A stretch of 64,000 nt of DNA from assembly GCA_963773065.1 (NCBI GenBank), contig CAVYZN010000011.1:160001-224000 (forward strand), given 5' to 3'. Each line of letters opens with the position of its first letter. The stretch's first letter is position 1. The position numbers and the translations under genes were made by a program. The DNA is from an uncultured Gammaproteobacteria bacterium. GTDB taxonomy: Bacteria; Pseudomonadota; Gammaproteobacteria; UBA9214. The notes below the pieces were generated by a model that was not told the DNA's origin, made no database searches, and saw only the letters and a list, made by a program, of their open reading frames with translations. Below are positions 49,706-59,869 of the stretch, piece after piece.

Positions 49706-50782
49706 TCAGGTTGCCCTACCTTTTTTTAAGGGCTGAATCCGGACTGGCTTGCGCCGATACACCCGCTGGGTGATAGCGGTGTCGGCATGTCCAAGGCGTT
49801 CCGATGCTTCTACAAGGCTATCGGAATCACTAGCCACCTTGGCCCTCAGGTCGCGCTCCTGAAATCGTTCAGATACTTTGGTGGTTTCCATCACCTTATC
49901 CATGAATCGCTGCCAGAGACTGTCGAACGCATTGCAGCGACCCTGGTTATCAGTATAGGGTTTCCCTTGACGTGTAACGAACAACGGGGCATCACCAATA
50001 CGCCGTGGCGGTATTCGTAGGATTTCATCGAGCAATGCGCGCATATCACCTTCCCGGTCCCACTCGATGATCAGTCGCTTTCCGGTGCTCTGTTTTGTTT
50101 TGTTCAGCAGGATGTGAATCCCGTCGTCTCTAATGCTGGATAGTTTGAGGCGCAGGATGTCGCCGCGTCGTAACCCCGTCATGAGTTTGAAGCGGATGTA
50201 GGCATTAGCGACCAGTACACCGCGGTAGCTGGACTGTATGGACAGCGCTTCGTCGATTTCCCAATCCTCAACCAGCCTATCTCGTGGATGGGTGCCTTTG
50301 ATTCTTACTTGGCCCAATATTGGATTCCGGTTAATTACTCCCCATTCCACAGCCTTCGTTAGGAGATGGCTCAAGCACTGGATGTCATGTTTTGCTGAGG
50401 TCTTTCCGTGCGCCTTTGTCACCAAATCCGCGTATTTATACGCATGGACTGGCTGAATCTCGTTCGGGCGCATCATCCCGAATACGGGTTTCATTCGTCG
50501 GATAGCTAGCTGGTTGCTTTCCTGTGACTTGAAGGATTTCGTGGGTACGACTTCGAGCAGATAGCGATCCATAAGATCACTGATCGTCGTTACATCTTCC
50601 AGCACACCTAACTTGTCTGCCCATGTTCGATATGCCTCAGGAAGAGTTTTGCCGAGAGTGAACTCTTTCTTCTCGTCCCATTGGCCTTCCATTCCCGGTG
50701 GTACCAGATAGCGGTAGGCTCCGTTCTTGAATCGCCATCGCTTCGGTAGTCCGCGATTTTGTTTGTTCCGTGGTTTTGGCAT
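49706..50782 (-). CDS. Phage-type tyrosine integrase
   Basis: TGLRRGDIL (catalytic R), ERDLR, RLGHAD, RVYRR (catalytic Y). Confidence 0.93.
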   Translation of the reverse strand: MPKPRNKQNRGLPKRWRFKNGAYRYLVPPGMEGQWDEKKEFTLGKTLPEAYRTWADKLGVLEDVTTISDLMDRYLLEVVPTKSFKSQESNQLAIRRMKPVFGMMRPNEIQPVHAYKYADLVTKAHGKTSAKHDIQCLSHLLTKAVEWGVINRNPILGQVRIKGTHPRDRLVEDWEIDEALSIQSSYRGVLVANAYIRFKLMTGLRRGDILRLKLSSIRDDGIHILLNKTKQSTGKRLIIEWDREGDMRALLDEILRIPPRRIGDAPLFVTRQGKPYTDNQGRCNAFDSLWQRFMDKVMETTKVSERFQERDLRAKVASDSDSLVEASERLGHADTAITQRVYRRKPVRIQPLKKGRAT

Positions 50783-50991
50783 TACTGACCGAGGCTACTG
50801 AAATCGGGTTGGTTGGGTTTCCTTTTCGGTGCGCCCATCAGCTCCGTCAGCGTTGAATGCAGCACAACCGGGCTGCCGTCTGGACGGAGCGTGTGATGAA
50901 CCCCCATTTCTGACAAAGCGCGCACCTGCGCAGCATAGCGAACTTTCAGCGTCAGTTCCCTAATCTCCTCTTTGGTCAGACAAAGGGACAA
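50782..50991 (-). CDS. DUF4224-like excisionase/HTH protein
   Basis: LTKEEIRELT..YAAQVRAL..RPDGSPVV..PDFSSL; TTG start after GAGG; TAATG coupling to the integrase. Confidence 0.75.
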   Translation of the reverse strand: MSLCLTKEEIRELTLKVRYAAQVRALSEMGVHHTLRPDGSPVVLHSTLTELMGAPKRKPNQPDFSSLGQ

Positions 50992-51197
50992 TATGATTCC
51001 TCGGTTGCTAGTGATGCATGGAGTAGCGGAAATTAGCATGCAGAAAAAGTTATCAGCAACGAGTGAATGTTTAGCCGTGTGATAAGAGAATTTGTCTTCC
51101 TCTCTAATCAGGTGTGTTGTTGCAGTGCTTGAGCGGAAAGCATTCGAAGCCATAGCAGATTCGGAAGTGCGATCAGAACTGAAAGGATGGACGCCTT

Positions 51198-51887
51198 TCA
51201 CAGCCTTTCGCCCTTGAAGACCACAACGCCACAGATCCGGGCGTTCTGCTTGACCTCGACGATGCGGTTCGGCCACTCGGGATTCAGGGCCTTGAGATAC
51301 TGATGCCCGCCCTCGATGATCAGCTGTTTGAAGGTCGCCTCCGCGGTGTCTTCCAGCATGACGACCACGTACTTACCGCTGACCGGCTCGACCTGGGGGT
51401 CGACGAAGATCAAGTCACCGTCGTGGAACTTGGGCTCCATGCTGATGCCATGTACCCGCAGGACATAGGTGTCCTGGCTGCAGATTACCGGGCAGGGAAG
51501 CCACTCATCGCTGGACTGCGGCTGGTAACCGTCCGCGATGTCCCTCCAGGCACCCGCTTGCACCCAGGAGATGACCGGGTGGAGGCTGCGCAGATCCGGG
51601 CCAAGGTGCACGTTGGCGTCCTTTGCGGCGAGGTTCGCTTGGTTCCATTCCGCCCGATGGGGTTCATCCATCCAGCCCGTGGTCTTGCCCATCCCCTGTT
51701 CCAGTTTCCCGGCCAGATCGTCACCGATGCCGCGGGGTGTGCCCCGTTGGGTCGGCATCCGGCGCCGGACCTGGCTGAGATAGGAACTGTTGGTGCCGGC
51801 CCGGTGCGCCAATTTGACGGCCGAACCGGCCTCGGCAATGAGCAATTCGAGGTTATTCAGGCGGATTTGCTCCGGGAGGCGTGTCAT
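51198..51887 (-). CDS. cI/LexA-like repressor with S24 peptidase domain (copy A, full length)
   Basis: N-terminal HTH; VQAG cleavage site; GISMEP (Ser) and TFKQL (Lys). Confidence 0.92.
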   Translation of the reverse strand: MTRLPEQIRLNNLELLIAEAGSAVKLAHRAGTNSSYLSQVRRRMPTQRGTPRGIGDDLAGKLEQGMGKTTGWMDEPHRAEWNQANLAAKDANVHLGPDLRSLHPVISWVQAGAWRDIADGYQPQSSDEWLPCPVICSQDTYVLRVHGISMEPKFHDGDLIFVDPQVEPVSGKYVVVMLEDTAEATFKQLIIEGGHQYLKALNPEWPNRIVEVKQNARICGVVVFKGERL

Positions 51888-51982
51888 GGCGTTGACTATA
51901 GCAGATAATTTAGCACATGGATAAATAAATTGTTGGCAGATTTGCTTGATGACATGGATGCGCGCTGCTAAGGTGCGCCCGC
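51888..51982. promoter_or_regulatory. Divergent cI/cro control region with putative operators
   Basis: 95-bp AT-rich spacer with imperfect palindromes such as TTTAGCACATGGATAAA; largely conserved in copy B (55844-55938). Confidence 0.5.
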
Positions 51983-52234
51983 ATGAAGCTAAGGACCTTC
52001 TTGAAACGCGCCACCAAGCGCGAACGCACCGAGCTCGCGAGTGTCTGCAACCACTCCGTCGCCTACCTCTATCAGCTTGCCGGCCAGCATCGCCACGCCA
52101 GCCCCCAGCTGGCGACCCGCATCGAGCAGGTCAGCCGGCAGGTGGCGGCCCACTCCGGGGGACGGCTGGAACTCGTGCCGCGGGAAAGCCTCGTGCGGCA
52201 TCCCGAAATTTTCGCTGGACTCCTCGGAGGCTAA
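51983..52234 (+). CDS. Cro/YdaS-like HTH protein (copy A)
   Basis: 83 aa, divergent from the repressor; SVAYLYQLAGQHRHASPQLATRIE. Confidence 0.78.
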   Translation: MKLRTFLKRATKRERTELASVCNHSVAYLYQLAGQHRHASPQLATRIEQVSRQVAAHSGGRLELVPRESLVRHPEIFAGLLGG

Positions 52235-52237
52235 TCG

Positions 52238-53804
52238 ATGGCCCGGAAAGCACCGTTACCACCCACCGCACTCGTCGGTACTGCCAGCTGTTGAAGACAG
52301 TGCAACGACCTCACCGCTCAGCGTCGACATCGCCCGCATCCAGCCCTACGAACACAACCCGCGGCATGGCCGCAATCCCGAATACGACCGGATCAAGGAT
52401 TCAATCCGCAGCCAGGGTTTGGATCAACCGTTGGTGATTACGCAACGGCCCGGCGCCACCGACTATATCGTGCATGCCGGCGGCAATACCCGACTGCTGA
52501 TTCTGAAAGAGCTGTTCGAGGAAACCGGTGATGAGCGGTTCGCGCGGATTCAGTGCGTGTTCAGACCCTGGAGCCGCGAGTCGGATGTGCTGTTGGCCCA
52601 TCTGCGGGAAAACGACCTGCGCGGCAGTCTCACCTTTATCGACAAGGCGCGCGCGGTCCTGGATGCAAAACAATTAATCGCAGAAGACCTGGAGGTCAAG
52701 GAGGTCTCGCTGAGAAGGCTCGAAACCGAGCTTGGAAAATCGGGGTACCGCATCACTAATTCCGTTATCTGCCTGATGGTGTATGCCGTCGAGACGTTGC
52801 TGGAACTGATTCCACAGGCCCTCGAAGCGGGCATAGGAAGGCATCAGATCGGTCGGATTCGAGTCCTGGAGCGGGCGGCCAGGAAACTTTGGCAACGCCA
52901 CGGTGCGGGCGATGACAGTGCGTTTGATGAGGTGTTTGCCGCCTTGTGCCGTCGTTACGACGGATGGAGTTGGGATACCGACCTCTTGCAGGGCGCCCTC
53001 GAGACCGAGATCGCCGAGGAGGCGGAGACCAGTATTCATACCATCCGGGTGGCGCTCCAGGCCGAGATGAGCGGACGGGAACTGGTTATCCCGGAGTTCG
53101 TGCCGATCAAAGAGCCGCCCCAACCCGAACGGCGGGTGACGGTGACGGGAATCCGGTGACGCTCGAAGGACGTGATGTCCCTGAAGCGGGTGAAGCCGGG
53201 TTGAACCTGGCGAGTGAAGCACCCGTAAAGCCGACCGACGCATCGATTCAACCACAGGATCATCTTGATGATTCTACTGATTTTGATGACTCTGCTGCTG
53301 ATGCATCTGAGCCCCTGAGTGACGACGGCCACTACGAGCCGACGGACCTGAAGTCCTTGCGCGGGCGGGCCTGGACCTTGGCGGCACGCCTGGCGCAACG
53401 CCATGGCATCGGGGATCTGGTCGTGCCGTTGTCGGGGAAGGGGCTGGGTTTTGTGTTGCGTGACGTACCCGACCCGGTATTGGCGGATCAACTCGACGAG
53501 GACGCACTGGCTCAGATCTGCATGCTCTGGTGGCAGCTCGCGGCGTGTTCGGAAATGACGTATGCGCCGCCTGGAATCCATCGTTCCGCTTCTGCCGGCC
53601 GATTCCGTGCTCCGCCGTGCCCTGGTAGAGGAGGATGCCGAACTGCTCTTCAGCAGTATCTGGACGCTGGATCCCGGTCACACCGGCTATCGTCTGTGGC
53701 GTCCACTCCCTGACCGGGACTGGCGTGATCTGCTCACGCTCATGGAGACCTACCGGCATATCCGTCACCTGGCCGCCGAAACCGGTACGGCCCTCTGGGA
53801 CTGA
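52238..53804 (+). CDS. PFGI-1-class ParB-family protein (BisD-like), copy A; frameshifted
   Basis: PYEHNPR..EYDRIKDSIRSQGLDQP..GGNTRL..AHLRENDLRGSLTFIDKA. Confidence 0.85.
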
Positions 53805-53809
53805 CGGCG

Positions 53810-54412
53810 ATGGAGGGGACCAAGGAAGCCGACCTGATAACAGCAGTCCTGATGTATGCCATGCGCTGTCTGGCCGAGGGTGACCAGGCGGCGTTACGTC
53901 ACATGAACTTCGGCATCAAAGAAATCGAGGCGCTGCGTGAGATGCGGGTCGCGGATCTCTACCGGATCGAATCCCTGCGTGCGCACTGCCTGGAGATTGC
54001 CCTCAACCGGCAGGTGTACTGGCCCATGATCGAACATCTGAGCGAGCAGCGCGCGCTGGAAGACACGCTGCAGACGCTGATCGTGGCCGATGCCCCCCAG
54101 GAGATGATGCAGGTCTTGTTTGGGCTCAATCCGCGTGACTACACCCGGTTGCGCCGCCTCCTGTTAGTCGATCCCTCGATTGGCCGGCCACCCGAACTGG
54201 ACGAGGCGAGTTCGCACCGGCTCTGGGACGCCTGGTCCAGTCGAGTAGACGGTGAGGAATCCGGGTTACTGACACCGGAACAGTATCTGGCGATCCAGGC
54301 GGAAACCGGCCTGTCGCTGCGCGCCATCTGGGGCCTGACGCAACGCTGGGCGCAGTACGGCAACCTGAACGGTCCGCTCGATGAGGAGACTGTACCCTCC
54401 GGGAACCCATGA
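53810..54412 (+). CDS. DUF2857/STY4526-like protein (BisC-like), copy A
   Basis: RCLAEGDQAALRHMNF..APQEMMQVLFGL..RLRRLL..GRP; position after parB. Confidence 0.75.
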   Translation: MEGTKEADLITAVLMYAMRCLAEGDQAALRHMNFGIKEIEALREMRVADLYRIESLRAHCLEIALNRQVYWPMIEHLSEQRALEDTLQTLIVADAPQEMMQVLFGLNPRDYTRLRRLLLVDPSIGRPPELDEASSHRLWDAWSSRVDGEESGLLTPEQYLAIQAETGLSLRAIWGLTQRWAQYGNLNGPLDEETVPSGNP

Positions 54413-55194
54413 ATGAAGTGCCCGTCCCCCTGCGCTCGGAAACGCTCGCCCTCGATACCCTGATCCGGGCGGTCATCGCCAGGACCGAGGCCTCCGCCGG
54501 CCACGGTCCGCGGACCGCATGGTCTTCCTCGGGAACCGGCATCAGGCGTTTCCGACCGCGCTGGTCAAAGACCCGGTACTCGAACCGGTCGACAAGCTGG
54601 TGTGGATGGTCATCATGCTCGCGGCCGGCGAGACCGGTGGCAATACGGCCTTTCCCGGCCACGACGCCATCGGCCGGCTGGCCAATGTGTCCTCCCGCTC
54701 GACCATCGCCCGGGCCATCGCCATCCTGCGCGCCACCCGCTGGCTGACCCTGTGCGCCCAGGTACGCGGAGCCGGTGGCCGGTTTCACGGTCACGTCTAT
54801 GCCCTGCATGACGAACCCCTGCCACTCGCCGATGCGTTGCATCTCGATGCCCACTATATGGCGTTCCTGGGGCAGGCGACGGGTCATGGCCATGCCCGGG
54901 TGCGTGCCGTGGCGCAGGGTGTGCTCGATTCCATCGACGAGGACATTCAGACCAGCCAGGACCTATGTGCGCAACCCCACCCGATCGAGCGGCGGGTGCA
55001 AAGCCTGGTGGCCGAGCGCGGCGAGCGGCCACGGCGTTTCTTCTCCTTCACCCGCAAGGTGGTCAAGCAGTTGCGCACCGATGCACGCGGCAGAGAGAAA
55101 GGTGGCCTTCACCATGACCAAAATTCGAACACGGTGGAAAGCCGTGTACAAAATTCGAGCGCGCAAAAATCGACACCGAGTAGTAGTAGTTATA
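54409..55194 (+). pseudogene. STY4528-like replication protein, copy A, truncated at the duplication junction
   Basis: Colinear with 58379-59165 up to AGTAGTAGTAGTTATA, then switches to repressor sequence. Confidence 0.8.
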
Positions 55195-55843
55195 GAACGT
55201 TCTGCTTGACCTCGATGATGCGGTTCGGCCACTCGGGATTCAGGGCCTTGAGGTACTGATGCCCGCCCTCGATGATCAGCTGTTTGAAGGTCGCTTCCGC
55301 GGTGTCTTCGAGTATGACGACCACGTACTTACCGCTGACCGGCTCGACCTGGGGGTCGACGAAGATCAAGTCACCGTCGTGGAACTTGGGCTCCATGCTG
55401 ATGCCATGCACCCGCAGGACATAGGTGTCCTGGCTGCAAATTACCGGGCAGGGAAGCCACTCATCGCCAGCCTGCGACTGGTAACCGTCGGCGATGTCCC
55501 TCCAGGCCCCCGCTTGCACCCAGGAGATGACCGGGTGGAGGCTGCGGAGATCCGGGCCAAGATGCACGTTGGCATCCTTTCCGGCGAGGTTCGCTTGGCT
55601 CCATTCCGCCCGATGGGGCTCATCCATCCAGCCCGCGGACTTGCCCATCCCCTGTTCCAGTTTCCCGGCCAGATCGTCACCGATGCCGCGGGGTGTGCCC
55701 CGTTGGGTCGGCATCCGGCGCCGGACCTGGCTGAGGTAGGAACTGTTGGTGCCGACCCGGCGGGCCAGTTTGACGGCCGAACCGGCCTCGGCAATGAGAA
55801 ATTCGAGGTTATTCAAGCGGATTTGCTCCGGGAGGCGTGTCAT
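55190..55843 (-). CDS. cI/LexA-like repressor, copy B; C-terminal ARICGVVVFKGERL lost at the junction
   Basis: Near-identical to 51198..51887 but ends ..EVKQNVL*. Confidence 0.85.
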   Translation of the reverse strand: MTRLPEQIRLNNLEFLIAEAGSAVKLARRVGTNSSYLSQVRRRMPTQRGTPRGIGDDLAGKLEQGMGKSAGWMDEPHRAEWSQANLAGKDANVHLGPDLRSLHPVISWVQAGAWRDIADGYQSQAGDEWLPCPVICSQDTYVLRVHGISMEPKFHDGDLIFVDPQVEPVSGKYVVVILEDTAEATFKQLIIEGGHQYLKALNPEWPNRIIEVKQNVL

Positions 55844-55938
55844 GGCGTTGACTATAGCAAATTATTTAGCACATGGATAAATATATTGTTGGTAGATTTG
55901 CTTGATGGCATGAATGCGCGCTGCTAAGGTGCGCCCGC

Positions 55939-56190
55939 ATGAAGCTAAGGACCTTCTTGAAACGCGCCACCAAGCGCGAACGCACCGAGCTGGCGAGTGT
56001 CTGCAACCACTCCGTCGCCTACCTTTATCAGCTGGCCGGCCAGCATCGCCACGCCAGCCCTCAGCTGGCGACCCGCATCGAGCAGGTCAGCCGGCAGGTG
56101 GCGGCCCACTCCGGCGGACGGCTGGAACTCGTGCCGCGGGAAAGCCTCGTGCGGCATCCCGAAATTTTCGCCGGACTCCTCGGAGGCTAA
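55939..56190 (+). CDS. Cro/YdaS-like HTH protein (copy B)
   Basis: Protein identical to 51983..52234. Confidence 0.78.
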   Translation: MKLRTFLKRATKRERTELASVCNHSVAYLYQLAGQHRHASPQLATRIEQVSRQVAAHSGGRLELVPRESLVRHPEIFAGLLGG

Positions 56191-56193
56191 TCG

Positions 56194-57774
56194 ATGGCCC
56201 GGAAAGCACCGCTACCACCCACCGCTTCGTCTGGTACCGCAGCTGGTTGAAGACAGTGCAACGTCCACACCGCTCAGCGTCGACATCGCCCGCATCCAGC
56301 CCTACGAACGCAACCCGCGGCAGGGCCGCAATCCCGAATACGATCGGATCAAGGATTCGATCCGCAGCCAGGGTCTCGATCAACCGTTGGTGATTACGCA
56401 ACGGCCCGGCGCCACCGACTATATCGTGCATGCCGGCGGCAATACTCGTTTGCTGATTTTGAAAGAACTGTACGAGGAAACCGATGATGAACGGTTCGCG
56501 CGGATTCAGTGTCGTGTTCAGGCCCTGGCGTCGTGAATCGGATGTGCTGCTCGCCCACCTGCGGGAAAACGACTTGCGCGGCAATCTCACCTTTATCGAC
56601 AAGGCGCGTGCGGTCCTCGATGCAAGGCAATTAATCGCAGCGGAACTGGAGTGTCAATCGAGGTATCCCTGAGAAGACTCGAAACCGAGCTTGGAAAAGC
56701 GGGATACCGCATCAGCTAATACCGGCCTCTGTCTGATGGAATATGCCGTTGAGAGGTTGCTGGAATTGATTCCACAGGCCCTCGAAGCGGGCATAGGAAG
56801 GCGTCAGATCGGTCGGATGCGAGGCGCTGGAACGGGCGGCCAGGACACTTTGGCAACGCCATGGTGCGGGCGATGACAGTGCGTTTGATGAGGTGTTTGC
56901 CGCGTTGTGCCGCCGTTACGACGGTGCCGAAGTGGGATGCCGATCGTGTTGCAGGGCGCGATCGAGACGGAAATCGCCGAGGCAGCCGAGATCAGCATTC
57001 ATACCATCCGAGTGGCGCTCGAGACCGAGCTGAAAGGGCGGGAAGTGGTTATCCCGGAATTCGTGCCGATCAAGGAATCGCCCCAACCCGAAATCGGCAA
57101 GGTGACAGTGACGGGAATCCGGTGACACCCGAAGGGCATGATGACCATGAAGCGGATGACAGCCGGTTTGAACTTGGCGAGTGAAGCACGCGTAAAGCCG
57201 ACCGACGCATCGCACTCAACCACAGGATCAATCTTGATGATTCTACTGATCTTGATGACTCTGCTGATGATGCATCTGAGCCCCTGAGTGACGACGGCCA
57301 CTACCAAGCCAACGGACTTGAAGTCATTGCGCGGCAGGGCCTGGACCTTGGCGGCACGCCTGGCGCAACGCCATGGCATCGGGGATCTGGTCATGCCGTT
57401 GTCGGGCAAAGGACTGGGTTATGTGCTGCAGTGACGTACCCGACCCGGTATTGGCGGATCAACTCGACGAGGAGGCGCTGGCCCAGGTCTGCATGCTCTG
57501 GTGGCAACTCGCCGCGTGTTCGGAAATGACCTATGCGCCGCTTGCAGCCATCGTGCCCGTCCTGCCGGCCGATTCCGTGCTCCGCCGTGCCCTGGAAGAG
57601 GAGGATGCCGAACTGCTCTTCAGCAGTATCTGGACGCTGGATCCCGGTCACACCGGCTATCGTCTGTGGCGTCCACTCCCTGACCGGGACTGGCGTGATC
57701 TGCTCACGCTCATGGATACCTACCGGCGTATCCGTCACCTGGCCGCCGAAACCGGTACGGCTATCTGGGACTGA
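56194..57774 (+). CDS. PFGI-1-class ParB-family protein, copy B; many frameshifts
   Basis: Colinear with 52238-53804. Confidence 0.75.
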
Positions 57775-57779
57775 CGGCG

Positions 57780-58382
57780 ATGGAGGGGACCAAGGAAGCC
57801 GACCTGATAACAGCAGTCCTGATGTATGCCATGCGCTGTCTGGCCGAGGGTGACCAGGCGGCGTTACGTCACATGAACTTCGGCATCAAAGAAATCGAGG
57901 CGCTGCGTGAGATGCGGGTCGCGGATCTCTACCGGATCGAATCCCTGCGTGCGCACTGCCTGGAGATTGCCCTCAACCGGCAGGTGTACTGGCCCATGAT
58001 CGAACATCTGAGCGAGCAGCGCGCGCTGGAAGACACGCTGCAGACGCTGATCGTGGCCGATGCCCCCCAGGAGATGATGCAGGTCTTGTTCGGGCTCAAT
58101 CCGCGTGACTACACCCGGTTGCGCCGCCTCCTGTTGGTCGATCCCTCGATTGGACGGCCACCCGAACTGGACGAGGCGAGTTCGCACCGGCTCTGGGACG
58201 CCTGGTCCAGTCGAGTAGACGGTGAGGAATCCGGGTTACTGACACCGGAACAGTATCTGGCGATCCAGGCGGAAACCGGCCTGTCGCTGCGCGCCATCTG
58301 GGGCCTGACACAACGCTGGGCGCAGTACGGCAACCTGAACGGTCCGCTCGATGAGGAGACTGTGCCCTCCGGGAACCCATGA
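57780..58382 (+). CDS. DUF2857/STY4526-like protein, copy B
   Basis: Protein identical to 53810..54412. Confidence 0.75.
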   Translation: MEGTKEADLITAVLMYAMRCLAEGDQAALRHMNFGIKEIEALREMRVADLYRIESLRAHCLEIALNRQVYWPMIEHLSEQRALEDTLQTLIVADAPQEMMQVLFGLNPRDYTRLRRLLLVDPSIGRPPELDEASSHRLWDAWSSRVDGEESGLLTPEQYLAIQAETGLSLRAIWGLTQRWAQYGNLNGPLDEETVPSGNP

Positions 58383-59668
58383 ATGAAGTCCCCGTCCCCC
58401 TGCGCTCGGAAACGCTCGCCCTCGATACCCTGATCCGGGCGGTCATCGCCAGGACCGAGGCCTCAGCCGGCCACGGTCCGACGGACCGCATGGTCTTCCT
58501 CGGGAACCGGCATCAGGCGTTTCCGACCGCGATGGTCAAAGACCCGGTACTCGAACCGGTCGACAAGCTGGTGTGGATGGTCATCATGCTCGCGGCCGGC
58601 GAGACCGGTGGCAATACGGCCTTTCCCGGCCACGACGCCATCGGCCGGCTGGCCAATGTGTCCTCCCGCTCCACCATCGCCCGGGCCATCGCCATCCTGC
58701 GCGCCACCCGCTGGCTGACCCTGTGCGCCCAGGTACGCGGAGCCGGTGGCCGGTTTCACGGTCACGTCTATGCCCTGCATGACGAACCCCTGCCGCTCGC
58801 CGATGCGTTGCATCTCGATGCCCACTATATGGCGTTCCTGGGGCAGGCGACGGGTCATGGCCATGCCCGGGTCCGTGCCGTGGCCCAGGGTGTACTCGAT
58901 TCCCTCGCTGAGGACCTAGCGGACGGCGAGGACCTTTGTGCGCAACCCCACCCGATCGAGCGGCGGGTGCAAAGCCTGGTGGCCGAGCGCGGCGAGCGGC
59001 CGCGGCGGTTCTTCTCCTTCACCCAAAAGGCAATCAAGGAGTTGCACACCGACACACGCGGCAGCCAGAAAGGGGGCCTTCACCATGACCAAAATTCGAA
59101 CACGGTGGAAAGCCGTGTGCAAAATTCGAGCGCGCAAAAATCGACACCGAGTAGTAGTAGTTATATAAATAAAACTACTACTACAACCCCAAGCGGGGAG
59201 CTGTCGAATTTTGCACTCACCGGGGAAAACCAGCAGCCCCTGGTCTACCCGGCACGGCTCTATCACAACCACCGTGAAATCGCCGCACGCTATCTCAGCA
59301 CGCTGGCCCCGGAACAGCGCCAACCCGTCCTCGATGAACTGGAAGGCCGCTTGCGGGCGGAAGCGAAGGGCATGCAGCCCGTGTATGACGCGATCAGCTT
59401 CCTGCACTCGCTCTGTAAGCAGATGCGGCATGGAAAATTTCAGCCCAACCTGGGGATCAGCGTACGAGAGGGACGCCAGGTGGGGAGGAAACGCTGGATC
59501 CAAAAGGGTTGCTCGAACGTGCATCACCGCCGCCAGCGGAGACCACGGGCAGCGGCGACAGCGAAAAACGGTCGGCAAGGCAGAGATCGCCAAGATGCGA
59601 AAGCGGCTGGGTATGAAGCGCATCAACGGAAAATCAAAACGTTACGGGCGAAAGTTAGATCCAGATAG
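58379..59668 (+). CDS. STY4528-family island replication protein (HTH), copy B, full length
   Basis: FLGNRHQAFP..DPVLEPVDK..SRSTIARAIAILRATRWLTL..YALHDEPL..RQPVLDELEGR. Confidence 0.82.
   Translation: MNEVPVPLRSETLALDTLIRAVIARTEASAGHGPTDRMVFLGNRHQAFPTAMVKDPVLEPVDKLVWMVIMLAAGETGGNTAFPGHDAIGRLANVSSRSTIARAIAILRATRWLTLCAQVRGAGGRFHGHVYALHDEPLPLADALHLDAHYMAFLGQATGHGHARVRAVAQGVLDSLAEDLADGEDLCAQPHPIERRVQSLVAERGERPRRFFSFTQKAIKELHTDTRGSQKGGLHHDQNSNTVESRVQNSSAQKSTPSSSSYINKTTTTTPSGELSNFALTGENQQPLVYPARLYHNHREIAARYLSTLAPEQRQPVLDELEGRLRAEAKGMQPVYDAISFLHSLCKQMRHGKFQPNLGISVREGRQVGRKRWIQKGCSNVHHRRQRRPRAAATAKNGRQGRDRQDAKAAGYEAHQRKIKTLRAKVRSR
59090..59216. promoter_or_regulatory. Putative intragenic replication origin: iteron-like repeats plus AT-loop palindrome
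   Basis: CAAAA(T/A)TCGA at 59090, 59120, 59135 and inverted at 59204; GTAGTAGTAGTT-ATATAAATAA-AACTACTACTAC at 59151-59184. Confidence 0.55.
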
Positions 59669-59705
59669 GGCTGCTCCACCGGGTGAGCACTCTGACATGG
59701 GCGTA

Positions 59706-59728
59706 GGGGTGTCGAAAATCGACACCCC
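59706..59728. repeat. Perfect 10-bp inverted repeat downstream of rep
   Basis: GGGGTGTCGA-AAA-TCGACACCCC. Confidence 0.7.
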
Positions 59729-59869
59729 ACGGCGTTGCGCGCTGCTATGCACACCATCAACACCTCAAGCATGCAGTAACCCATCGCGCACGCGCGCTCT
59801 GAAAACGACGACGGTTCACGAAGGGATTGTTGCTTGGCAGTGCCACCAGGTCAGCGGCTCAATAGCGCC

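Noticed and set aside
49706-52234. Prophage
   Set aside because: int-xis-cI-cro looks lambdoid, but the following genes are ICE core genes and no structural or lysis genes are in the window
52238-52300. Programmed +1 frameshift or uORF at the start of parB (ATG out of frame in both copies)
   Set aside because: The copies differ here by several offsetting indels typical of read noise, and no recognised shift site is present
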